From NCBI GenBank assembly GCA_036496605.1, contig DASXKV010000041.1, forward strand, positions 8,373 through 72,372: a DNA stretch of 64,000 nt. Reading direction: 5' to 3'. The notes beneath the pieces were generated by a model. That model had not been told where the DNA came from. It saw only the letters and a list, made by a program, of their open reading frames with translations, and ran no database searches. The position numbers and the translations under genes are program-made. Shown one piece after another: positions 27,518 to 36,073 of the stretch (its first letter is position 1; the number at the start of each line of letters is the position of its first letter). The DNA is from Gemmatimonadaceae bacterium. GTDB taxonomy: Bacteria > Gemmatimonadota > Gemmatimonadetes > Gemmatimonadales > Gemmatimonadaceae.

Positions 27518-27625
27518 TGGTCGTGGTGGGTTGGTGGTTGGTGGTGGTGGTTTCGTACGTGGTTGGTGGTGGGTGACTGCAGTGGTTTTTCACCAACAAC
27601 CAGTGACCAACAACCAACCACCACT
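27518..27625. repeat. GGTGGTTGG/CCAACCACC-family hairpin (GT-rich arm then AC-rich arm)
   Basis: ggtcgtggtgggttggtggttggtggtggtgg…ggttggtggtgggtgactgcagtgg-ttttt-caccaacaaccagtgaccaacaaccaaccaccac. Confidence 0.7.
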
Positions 27626-27860
27626 AAGAGAGGCGACTGCGTCGCTGTGCGCAATCCTCGCAGAGCGTCGCGCTGAACTCGAGGCGAGCACCGCAGCTTC
27701 CGCACAGACTGTAGACGCGAACGCCCGAAGCGGTCACCTCGCGGTGAATCGCGCTGTGGAGTGCTATCAGCGGGAGAACATCCGTCGACTTGATGCGCAG
27801 CGCGCGCCGCGCGGCGAACCATGCCTGGATCCGGGCGATGAACTGGCGGAATAGCTGCAT
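27624..27860 (-). CDS. Small hypothetical protein (78 aa) with C-terminal zinc ribbon
   Basis: Internal Met MQLFRQF… of ORF 27624..28106, whose upstream part overlaps trpS. Carries CGSCG…CEDC. Codon usage is plausible. Confidence 0.4.
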   Translation of the reverse strand: MQLFRQFIARIQAWFAARRALRIKSTDVLPLIALHSAIHREVTASGVRVYSLCGSCGARLEFSATLCEDCAQRRSRLS

Positions 27861-27981
27861 CGGTCGCTTGGTTCCAGCCGCGCTCTTTGCCACGACCGCT
27901 CCGGCATGCGCGGCAATAGTAAAATACCGGTGCGATAACTGATGTTGTGGCAAGTAGCACGACACATGCCCAGCGGGGCGA

Positions 27982-28962
27982 CTAGTCGAAACCCATCCGC
28001 TCGCGCACGCCACGCATTGTCTCCGACGCCAACTTACGGCAGTGCTCAGCGCCGGCGGCGAGCGCCGCGTCGACCTGCCCGCGATCCTCTCGCAGCTCCG
28101 CGGCACGCGTGCGAATCGGAACCAGCTCGCGCTCCATGTTCTCGAACAACACTCGCTTGCAGTCGATGCATCCCCACCCTGCCGTGGTGCACTGTGTCGC
28201 GACGTGCTCCACAGTAGCCGGAGGACTGAACGCTTTGTGAAGGTGGTAGATGTTACAAACCTCGGGCGTCCCGGGATCGGTTCGCTTGATTCGCTTGGGG
28301 TCGGTTACGGCCGGACGCAGCTTGTTCCAGACCTCGTCAGGCTTGTGGAGCAGGCCGACGGTGTTGTTCATCGACTTCGACATCTTGGCCTGTCCATCGA
28401 GACCCATGATGCGCCGTGAGGGAGTGAGCGCGGGTTGCGGCTCGGGGAAGAAATCCTCCCCGCCGCCGAACTGCGAGTTCCACCGGCGCGCAACGACGCG
28501 CGAGAGCTCGAGATGCTGCACCTGGTCCTCCCCCACAGGAACCAGATTCGCCTTGTAGAGCAGAATGTCCGCCGCCTGCAGAACGGGATAGTTGAGCAGC
28601 CCCGCGACGACGCTCTCCTGGCGCTGCGACTTGTCCTTGAACTGTGTCTGTCGCTCCAGCTCACCGAGGGGCGTGAGCGTGTTCAGAATCCATGCGAGCT
28701 CGGTGTGTTGCGGAACGTGCGATTGCACGAAGAGCGTGGCGACGTTCGGATCGATGCCCGACGCGAGGAGCGAGACCGCCATGTCGTAGCGCCGCGCGCG
28801 CAACAGCGCGGGATCGTACGCGCCAATGATCGCGTGATAGTCCACGATGCAGATGATCGTCTCATGCTCGTGCTGGAGCTTCACCCAATTCTTCACCGCC
28901 CCGAGATAGTTTCCGATATGCAACTCTCCGGACGGCTGTATCCCACTGAATATTCGAGACAT
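27982..28962 (-). CDS. trpS: Tryptophan--tRNA ligase
   Basis: HIGN (HIGH) and KMSKS motifs, 326 aa. Confidence 0.95.
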   Translation of the reverse strand: MSRIFSGIQPSGELHIGNYLGAVKNWVKLQHEHETIICIVDYHAIIGAYDPALLRARRYDMAVSLLASGIDPNVATLFVQSHVPQHTELAWILNTLTPLGELERQTQFKDKSQRQESVVAGLLNYPVLQAADILLYKANLVPVGEDQVQHLELSRVVARRWNSQFGGGEDFFPEPQPALTPSRRIMGLDGQAKMSKSMNNTVGLLHKPDEVWNKLRPAVTDPKRIKRTDPGTPEVCNIYHLHKAFSPPATVEHVATQCTTAGWGCIDCKRVLFENMERELVPIRTRAAELREDRGQVDAALAAGAEHCRKLASETMRGVRERMGFD

Positions 28963-28973
28963 TCGCGCAAGGT

Positions 28974-29786
28974 ATGAACGACGATCGCCGCGCGCTACTC
29001 GCGACGTGCGTCGCCGCCGCCGTGAAGGGCGCGGACGCGGTTCGCTCGCACTCGCAGCATCTCGACACGCTCGCCTGGGAGGAGAAATCCCGCGCCGATT
29101 ATGTGAGCGCCGCCGACCGGGATTCCGAGCATGCGATCCACGACATCATCTCGGCGCGCCATCGCGATGCGACGATCCTCGGTGAGGAGCTGTCGCCCGA
29201 GACGGCAGCCGCGACGTTGAAGACCGGCCTGTCGTTCGTCGTCGATCCACTCGACGGGACGACCAATTTCCTGCACGGATTCCCCTGGTACGCGGTGTCG
29301 ATCGCGGCGATGGTCGACGGCGCGCTCGCAGCCGCCGCGATCCTGAACGCCGCGAATGGCGATCTATTCACGGCGGTCGCGGGCGGCGGCGCGAGACGCA
29401 ACGGCCAGCCGATTCACATCTCGAAGATCACCGAGCCGATTCGCTCGCTGGTCGCGACGGGCTTTCCATTCAAGTTCACCGATCAGGTCGAGGCGTACCT
29501 TCGCGGGTTCGGCGAGGCGATGAAACAGACCGCCGGCGTGAGGCGCGTCGGCGCCGCGTCGCTCGATCTCGCCGACGTCGCCTGCGGACGCTATGAAGCG
29601 TTCTGGGAGCTGATGCTCGCGCCGTGGGACATTGCTGCCGGGATTCTCCTTGTGCGCGAGGCGGGCGGCGTCGTGACGGATCTCGATGGTTCACCAGCGA
29701 AGGTTGCGCACACGGGGATTGTGGCGGGGAATCCGGAGATGCAGGAATGGCTGATGGCGCTGTTGGGGCTAGGGTCCAGGGGGTAG
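28974..29786 (+). CDS. Inositol monophosphatase family protein (SuhB-like)
   Basis: VVDPLDGTTNF and WDIAAG motifs. The last ~7 codons (LGLGSRG*) are encoded by the left arm of the CTAGGGG-type hairpin. Confidence 0.9.
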   Translation: MNDDRRALLATCVAAAVKGADAVRSHSQHLDTLAWEEKSRADYVSAADRDSEHAIHDIISARHRDATILGEELSPETAAATLKTGLSFVVDPLDGTTNFLHGFPWYAVSIAAMVDGALAAAAILNAANGDLFTAVAGGGARRNGQPIHISKITEPIRSLVATGFPFKFTDQVEAYLRGFGEAMKQTAGVRRVGAASLDLADVACGRYEAFWELMLAPWDIAAGILLVREAGGVVTDLDGSPAKVAHTGIVAGNPEMQEWLMALLGLGSRG

Positions 29787-29844
29787 GGCGTGTCGCGGGG
29801 CTATTTAGTATTCCCTAGCCCCTACGCCCAAGACCCTAGCCCCG
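29766..29844. repeat. CTAGGGGC-family hairpin (outer stem 12 bp perfect)
   Basis: GGGGCTAGGGTC…GACCCTAGCCCC, with inner GGGGTAGGGCG / CCCCTACGCCC pairing. Overlaps the 3' end of the IMPase gene. Confidence 0.75.
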
Positions 29845-29850
29845 TCGCTC

Positions 29851-31371
29851 GTGCGTCTCGTCGAGTGCGTCCCAAACTTCTCCGAAGGCCGCCGGCCAGA
29901 GATCATCTCCGCCATTCGGGATGCGATCGCTGCCGTCGCAGGTGTCGCGATTCTGGACTCATCCTCGGATCTCTCGCATAACCGCACCGTCGTCACCTTC
30001 GTCGCACCCGTCGAGCAAGCGGTCGACGCGGCCTTCGCGGGGATTCGCAAGGCGCGGGAGCTCATCGACCTGAATCATCACACGGGCGAGCATCCACGGA
30101 TGGGAGCCGCCGACGTGGTGCCGTTCATTCCGCTCGAAGGGACGACGATGGAGGACTGCATCGTGCTCGCGCGCTCGTTAGGTGACCGCGTCGGGCGCGA
30201 GCTGCAGATTCCCGTGTTTCTCTACGAGCGCGCGGCGACCCGTCCCGATCGCGAGAATCTGGCGGACGTCCGCCGCGGCGAGTTCGAGGGACTTCGAGAG
30301 CAGATCGGCAAAGATCCTGCGCGCACGCCGGACTTCGGACCAGCTCATACCCACCCCACCGCGGGCGCGGTGGCAATCGGCGCCCGGCCCTTTCTCGTCG
30401 CATACAACGTCTACCTCGGCCCGGCGACGAATCTCCAGGTCGCGAAAGACGTCGCGAAGGCACTGCGCCATTCCACTGGCGGACTGCGCTACGTCAAGGC
30501 GTTGGGCCTCGAGGTGGATGGGCAAGCGCAGGTTTCGATGAACCTCGTCGACACGGAAAAGACGCCACTCTTCCGCGCTTTCGAGATGGTGAAACTGGAA
30601 GCTGCGACACAGGGTGTTTTGACGACATGGTCCGAGATCGTCGGCCTCGTACCGGAACGCGCGCTCCTCGAGACTGCGGCGCGGCACATCCAGTTGCGAA
30701 ACTTCTCACCGGAGATGGTGCTCGAGCGCCGCGTCCGGGACGCGGTGCAGGGCGGGCAGTCGCTCAGCGGCTTCGTGAGCAGCGTTGCGTCGTCAGCGCC
30801 TGTTCCCGGTGGGGGAAGTGTCGCCGCCCACGTCGGCGCGTTGGCGGCGGCGCTCGTTCAGATGGTCGCCGGCCTGACCGCTGGAAAGAAGAAGTACGCG
30901 TCGGTGGACGCCGAGATGCGCGCGCTCTCCCTCGACGCGGCCGGCTTGGTGACGCAGCTCTCGGCGCTCGTGTCGCGCGACGCCGCGGCGTTCGCCGAGG
31001 TTGCCGCCGCGTATAAGATGCCTAACGAACCAGCCGATGCCGCGGCGCGGCGCGGCGAAGCCCTCACGAAGGCCCTCCTCGGCGCAGCTCAAGTGCCCCT
31101 CGAGACGGCGCGCGCGTGCGCCAAAGCCGCGGAGCTCGCCGTCGTCGTGGCAAGGAAGGGAAATACGAATGCCGCGTCCGACGCCGGCGTCGCCGCGCTC
31201 CTCGCCGAAGCGGGGTGCCGCGGCGCGGTGCTCAACGTGCGAATCAACGTCGTGTCGCTCGAGGACAAGTCGCTCGGCGCGGGCCTGTTAGAAGAGGCTA
31301 AACAACTGATCGCGCAGACGTCCGAAAGGGCGCGCGCGGCGATGAACGCGGTGGAAGAGGCAATAGCGTGA
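29851..31371 (+). CDS. ftcD: Glutamate formimidoyltransferase fused to formiminotetrahydrofolate cyclodeaminase
   Basis: N-terminal VECVPNFSEGR signature, and a C-terminal all-helical cyclodeaminase-like domain (SSAPVPGGGSVAAHVGALAAAL…). GTG start. Confidence 0.85.
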   Translation: MRLVECVPNFSEGRRPEIISAIRDAIAAVAGVAILDSSSDLSHNRTVVTFVAPVEQAVDAAFAGIRKARELIDLNHHTGEHPRMGAADVVPFIPLEGTTMEDCIVLARSLGDRVGRELQIPVFLYERAATRPDRENLADVRRGEFEGLREQIGKDPARTPDFGPAHTHPTAGAVAIGARPFLVAYNVYLGPATNLQVAKDVAKALRHSTGGLRYVKALGLEVDGQAQVSMNLVDTEKTPLFRAFEMVKLEAATQGVLTTWSEIVGLVPERALLETAARHIQLRNFSPEMVLERRVRDAVQGGQSLSGFVSSVASSAPVPGGGSVAAHVGALAAALVQMVAGLTAGKKKYASVDAEMRALSLDAAGLVTQLSALVSRDAAAFAEVAAAYKMPNEPADAAARRGEALTKALLGAAQVPLETARACAKAAELAVVVARKGNTNAASDAGVAALLAEAGCRGAVLNVRINVVSLEDKSLGAGLLEEAKQLIAQTSERARAAMNAVEEAIA

Positions 31372-31382
31372 GGACACGGCAA

Positions 31383-31566
31383 AAAGAGCGCGTCGAGAGG
31401 GGCGCGTCGATAAGGGCGCGTCGAAAAGGGCGCGTCGAAAAATGAAACGGGCGCAGCGCCGCAGGCGCGCGCCCGATTTCCTTATTAACGCAGGTCTGGC
31501 GCCGTTCTCGACGCGCTCCTTTCGGCGCGCCCCTTTCGACGCGCCCTTTTCGACGCGCTCTTCTAA
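31383..31566. repeat. ~180-nt mirrored array: 4 tandem ~14-nt units (GGGCGCGTCGAAAA) and their inverted copies around a GC hairpin. Lies between convergent genes; candidate bidirectional terminator.
   Basis: agagcgcgtcgagag gggcgcgtcgataa gggcgcgtcgaaaa gggcgcgtcgaaaaa … gggcgcagcgccgcaggcgcgcgccc … ttctcgacgcgctcc tttcggcgcgcccc tttcgacgcgccc ttttcgacgcgctct. Confidence 0.8.
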
Positions 31567-31569
31567 GCC

Positions 31570-34464
31570 TTACGGTGTTAAGCCCTGCTTGTCCCCGCCG
31601 CCATAAATCCCATTGAAGAGGAACTTGAACGTCCCATGCGGCTGCGCCCGGAACGTGATCTCGGGACCGAACAGATACAGATGCCCGCGGCCCACATTCG
31701 CTTCCGCGATCGCGACCGCGCCCTCGAGATAGTTCTGCCCCCACGCCCATCCGCTGCGCAGCGGATGGTCCGAGTCGAACCACGCGACCGGCCGCACACC
31801 CTTCAGTGCCGCATCGGGGCCGAGCCTGAAAGCCGGGCTGTTGTCGTAAAACACATCGAGACGCGCCGGCATACCAGCCGCCACGCCAGTGCTATTATCG
31901 ACGGCGACGCTGAGAATCGAGCCCGGCACGTAGAACTTCTCCGCCGGAAGCGCGCGTTCCTCGCCCGTCGGTGAACGCTCGACGAGCGCGTTGTACACGG
32001 GCAGGCCGAGCATATCGCCTAACCGCGCCGACGTCCCGATGCTGACGACGTTGCCGCCCTGATCGAGGAAATCCTTGATCGCGGGAATCGAGCGCTGCTC
32101 GCTGAGACTGCCGAGCATGTGCTGGAATTCCGCGGGCACACTCGGACGACCGTTGCCCTCGCCGCCACGACCGCCGCCGCGGCTGCTCTGGCCTAACAAT
32201 CCAGAAGGGATCACCAACGCGTCGAATTTGGTCTTCAAATTACCGGCATCGATGTCTTGCGGATAAACCAGGGTATACGGGAACTCGAACTGCTCGAGCA
32301 GCCATCGAATCTGGCCCGAGGGCATCGAGCCGCCATAGATGTCGGCCAGCGCGAGGCGCGGGGCGGCGAGCTTCGTCGCATCACCAGCAGGTCGCATCGC
32401 CGTCCCGTCGAAGCTGACACCGAGATCGGTCGCTGCCTTCTGGAGAATCGGCAAGGTGGTAGACTTTGCCGTGACATAGAATGAACCGCCGGGATACGAC
32501 TTTCCATTCGCCGTCACCGGGCTCTTGAGCCAGTACACATCCTCGCCCGCCTTGAGCAGACGATTGATCGCCGTGAATGCGTCGTTCTGTTGATGAGAGA
32601 ATACATAACCGGCGGCACCACTCGTCCCGGCAACCATGCCGGCCGGCACGGCGGCGAGTCCCTCCACCTTCTCGAAGGGGCCGTCGAATGCATCCAGCAC
32701 GCGGTCGAATTGCACGCCCATCTGATACGCCAGTGTCCAGCCGGCGTTGTCGTACGGACGCTTCGGCGGGCCGCCCGGATAGGCGAAATCGTTCGGGTGG
32801 TCCTGCGGCTCGAACATGTCGAGCACATATGGACGGAACGCCTGCGCGGTCTTCACGACGAATGAGCCGGCGGGATACGACTTGCCGTTCACCGTGAATG
32901 GGCTCGTCGCGCGCATCACGGTGATGCCGACGTGACGCAGCGTATTGATGAACTTCGTAGCCGTTGGGAAATCCGGCTGGTTCGACGGCACGATGTAGCC
33001 GCGGGCATCACGCTTCGCCGGATCGCGGAGCACCGTGTTGAAGAACTTTATATCGGTCCCGCTGCCAAACGGTGCAACGGGATTGCCCACGGCGCCGGCG
33101 CCGGCCGGTGCCGTCGCGCGCGTCCGACCGCCTCGTCCGCCACGGCCGCCCGCGCCGCCTGACACGGCTTCGTCCCCACTCGCCTGCTCACCGGCGAGCT
33201 GCGCGCCGTTCGACTCCGCGATCTTGTTCTCGACGGCGACGATGTCGCTCGGCGTCGTCGTCCAGTTGTCGTGACTACCCTTCTCGATCGAGTTCTTGCC
33301 CATCCGGTAGATGTCGAACAAGAGCTCATCACGCTGTCGCGACGCGTAGTCGAGCACCGCGTAATTCGCCGTGACCGAGTAATCCACCGACTGACGGAAG
33401 TGCCACACCGGCTGCGGATCGATCGGATACATGAGATCCGCGCGGGGCAACTCCATCGTCGGAATGAAGGGAATGCGCTGCGGCGTCGGATTGCCGATCG
33501 TCTCGGTGAGGAGACCGATCATGTTGTGGAAGTACACCGTCGTGCGCAGACCGCCGTTCCACCACGTCGAATAGCTCGAGCCGGAGCGTATCGTCACGCC
33601 CGGCTTGTGCTCCATCGCGAATCGCGTCTGCATCGCCGCGCCGACCGCGTCGATCCCCATCGGGATTCCCGGGTCGAAGTTGTAGTTGAATGGATCGCGG
33701 AAGGGCGGCGCGAACATCACCGCGCCCGCGGGACCGGTCTGGTGGTGATTGTAGACGATCTGCGGGAACCACTCCCAGTACATCACATGATTGTCATTCT
33801 TCGTCTCGGCCTGATTCGACATGTAGAAATCGCGGTTGTCGTCGTGGCCCACGTACTTCTGGTAGAGACGCGGAATGCTCATGTTCCGCTTGAGCGAGTC
33901 CGCGTCCTTCATGTACCAGCTCGAGACGAGCTGCATCCCGTCCGGATTCACCTGCACGGCGAGAACGATGTCGTCGTTGAGGATCCGTTTCGTCTCCTCG
34001 TCGTTGCGACTCAAGAGTTGATAGACGGTCTCCATGAGCTGGGCAGGGCCTAACACTTCGGTGGCGTGCAAGCCGCCGTCGATCCAGACAACCGCCTTGC
34101 CATCCTTGGCGAGCGTATGCGCCTGATCGTCGGTCAGTCCCTCGGCGAGCGCGAGCCGGCGTGAGATGTCCTTGTAGCGATCGAGCTTCTTCATGTTCTC
34201 AGGCGACGAAATGATCGCCATGAGTTGCGGCCGCCCCTCGGCCGACTTGCCGATCTCGACCAGCTTCATGCGGTCAGATTCTTTGGAGAGCTTTTGCCAG
34301 TACGCCTGGAATTGATCGTAGGTCGCGAGCCAGTAGTCGTCGCCGATGTTATGGCCGAACTGCTCCTTTGGACTCGTGATGTGACTCTGGGCCTGCACGA
34401 CCGTCGCCGAAAAGACGAGCGGAAGCGCAGCAGCTCGCCAGAGGCGGTGACTGCACGTACGCAT
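31570..34464 (-). CDS. Secreted M14-family zinc carboxypeptidase-like protein (964 aa)
   Basis: N-terminal signal peptide, M14 region (…WIDGGLHATEV…), long C-terminal extension. Confidence 0.75.
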   Translation of the reverse strand: MRTCSHRLWRAAALPLVFSATVVQAQSHITSPKEQFGHNIGDDYWLATYDQFQAYWQKLSKESDRMKLVEIGKSAEGRPQLMAIISSPENMKKLDRYKDISRRLALAEGLTDDQAHTLAKDGKAVVWIDGGLHATEVLGPAQLMETVYQLLSRNDEETKRILNDDIVLAVQVNPDGMQLVSSWYMKDADSLKRNMSIPRLYQKYVGHDDNRDFYMSNQAETKNDNHVMYWEWFPQIVYNHHQTGPAGAVMFAPPFRDPFNYNFDPGIPMGIDAVGAAMQTRFAMEHKPGVTIRSGSSYSTWWNGGLRTTVYFHNMIGLLTETIGNPTPQRIPFIPTMELPRADLMYPIDPQPVWHFRQSVDYSVTANYAVLDYASRQRDELLFDIYRMGKNSIEKGSHDNWTTTPSDIVAVENKIAESNGAQLAGEQASGDEAVSGGAGGRGGRGGRTRATAPAGAGAVGNPVAPFGSGTDIKFFNTVLRDPAKRDARGYIVPSNQPDFPTATKFINTLRHVGITVMRATSPFTVNGKSYPAGSFVVKTAQAFRPYVLDMFEPQDHPNDFAYPGGPPKRPYDNAGWTLAYQMGVQFDRVLDAFDGPFEKVEGLAAVPAGMVAGTSGAAGYVFSHQQNDAFTAINRLLKAGEDVYWLKSPVTANGKSYPGGSFYVTAKSTTLPILQKAATDLGVSFDGTAMRPAGDATKLAAPRLALADIYGGSMPSGQIRWLLEQFEFPYTLVYPQDIDAGNLKTKFDALVIPSGLLGQSSRGGGRGGEGNGRPSVPAEFQHMLGSLSEQRSIPAIKDFLDQGGNVVSIGTSARLGDMLGLPVYNALVERSPTGEERALPAEKFYVPGSILSVAVDNSTGVAAGMPARLDVFYDNSPAFRLGPDAALKGVRPVAWFDSDHPLRSGWAWGQNYLEGAVAIAEANVGRGHLYLFGPEITFRAQPHGTFKFLFNGIYGGGDKQGLTP

Positions 34465-34573
34465 CGAGAAACCTCCAGGTGGGACGCGGACGCAGCAAAG
34501 TGCCGCGATCGCGCTGGTTGAGCATATCAGCCAGTTTTACGCGTCGATAGGTCCTAGTGCTGAGAGGCACTTG

Positions 34574-34597
34574 CCCTAGCCCCTAACCTCTAGCCCT
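34574..34597. repeat. CTAGGGGC-family half element (C-rich arm only)
   Basis: ccctagcccctaacctctagccc. Confidence 0.45.
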
Positions 34598-34604
34598 TTG
34601 CACG

Positions 34605-35357
34605 TCAGAGCGAGGTCAGCACTCGCGGCCCGGACTCTGTGATCGCCACCGTGTGCTCGAAGTGCGCCGAGCGAGATCCATCTATCGTCACGATGGTCCA
34701 TTTGTCCGAGAGCGTTTTCGTCGCTGGCCCGCCCGCGTTCACCATCGGCTCGATCGCGATCGTGAGACCCGGAACGAGCTTCTCACGACGCTTCGGCTTT
34801 CCGTAATTCGGCACCTGCGGCTCCTCGTGGAAATCCGTCCCAATGCCGTGCCCAACGAGATCACGGACGATGCTGAACTTGGCCCGCTCGACAACGCCCT
34901 GTACGGCGGCGCCGATATCCCCAACGTGGTTGCCCGGCTGCGCAGCCGAAATCCCCGCCGCTAGCGCATCCTGAGTAACCGCGAGCAGACGTTTTGTCTC
35001 GGCGTCGACGTCGCCGACGGGAACGGTCACCGCGCTATCGGTGAAGTAGCCCTTGTAGCCGACGCCGACGTCGATGGACAAGACATCGCCGTCCTTCAGA
35101 ACACGCTTGCGGGAAGGAATCCCGTGCACGACCTCGCTGTTGATGGACGTGCAGATGCTCCCCGGAAATCCATACAATCCCTTGAACGCGGGCGTCGCGC
35201 CGTCATGGCCGCGAATGAAATCTTCGGCGATCTGATCAAGCTCCCCGGTCGAGATCCCGGCGCGCACGGCGCCGCGAAGGTGCTCCACGGTCGCAGCGAG
35301 AATCTTCCCTCCCTGCGCCATGAGCTCGATCTCGCGGTTCGACTTGAGCTGGATCAC
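34605..35357 (-). CDS. map: Methionine aminopeptidase, type I
   Basis: MetAP motifs VVHGIP, DVGVGYKGYFTDS, GHGIG, EPMV, FEHTV. A GTG start forms a GTGA overlap with the adk stop. Confidence 0.93.
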   Translation of the reverse strand: MIQLKSNREIELMAQGGKILAATVEHLRGAVRAGISTGELDQIAEDFIRGHDGATPAFKGLYGFPGSICTSINSEVVHGIPSRKRVLKDGDVLSIDVGVGYKGYFTDSAVTVPVGDVDAETKRLLAVTQDALAAGISAAQPGNHVGDIGAAVQGVVERAKFSIVRDLVGHGIGTDFHEEPQVPNYGKPKRREKLVPGLTIAIEPMVNAGGPATKTLSDKWTIVTIDGSRSAHFEHTVAITESGPRVLTSL

Positions 35358-35989
35358 CTGCCGAGCGCGTGCATAACGCGTTGAGTGACTTCGCCGACGG
35401 TACCATTGGCGTCGACGACGGCGATCCGCGCGCCGTTGCGCTTGTACCAATCGAACACGGGCGCCGTTTGCGCCGTGAAAACGCTGAGACGATTTCGCAC
35501 CGCTTCCGGCTCATCGTCGCTGCGGCGCACAACGACGCCGCCGCAGTTAGGACATTTGGAGCCCGGCGGCAGATCGCTGTATGGCGTCTGACAGGTGGAA
35601 CACACCGTTCGGGTCCCCATGCGGCGCACGATCTCCTCGTCAGGCACCTCGAGCGAGACGACGGCGTCCACTTTGCGGCCGAGCGTCTTGAACATCGCTG
35701 CGAGACCCTCTGCCTGTGGAACGGTGCGTACGACGCCGTCGAGAACGACGCCGCGCGCGTATTCCGGCTTCGTCAATTCCTCTCGCACGATGCCGAGAAT
35801 CACCGAATCTGGCACGAGATCGCCGCGATCCATGAATCCCCTTGCCTCGCGGCCGAGCGCGGTGCCTTGCTTCACCGCTGCGCGAAGCACATTCCCCGTC
35901 GCCAGAGTCGGCACGCCGAGGGACTCCGCGATCTTTGGAGCTTGAGTGCCCTTTCCAGCGCCAGGCTTGCCGAACAGAACGATGTTCAT
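35354..35989 (-). CDS. adk: Adenylate kinase (zinc-lid type)
   Basis: P-loop GKPGAGKGTQ. Lid motif CSTCQ…CPNCG. Confidence 0.95.
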   Translation of the reverse strand: MNIVLFGKPGAGKGTQAPKIAESLGVPTLATGNVLRAAVKQGTALGREARGFMDRGDLVPDSVILGIVREELTKPEYARGVVLDGVVRTVPQAEGLAAMFKTLGRKVDAVVSLEVPDEEIVRRMGTRTVCSTCQTPYSDLPPGSKCPNCGGVVVRRSDDEPEAVRNRLSVFTAQTAPVFDWYKRNGARIAVVDANGTVGEVTQRVMHALGR

Positions 35990-36003
35990 GGAGAAGTACA
36001 GAA

Positions 36004-36070
36004 GGGACTAGGGGCTAGGTCTAAGGGGCCAGGGTTTGATAGCCCTAGCCCCCAAGACCCTAGCCCCTCT
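36004..36070. repeat. CTAGGGGC-family hairpin between adk and secY
   Basis: gggactaggggctaggtctaaggggccagggtttgatagccctagcccccaagaccctagcccctc. It shares the loop/arm junction GGGTTTGAT-CCCTAGCCCC with the 47.7-kb copy. Confidence 0.7.
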
Positions 36071-36073
36071 CTG

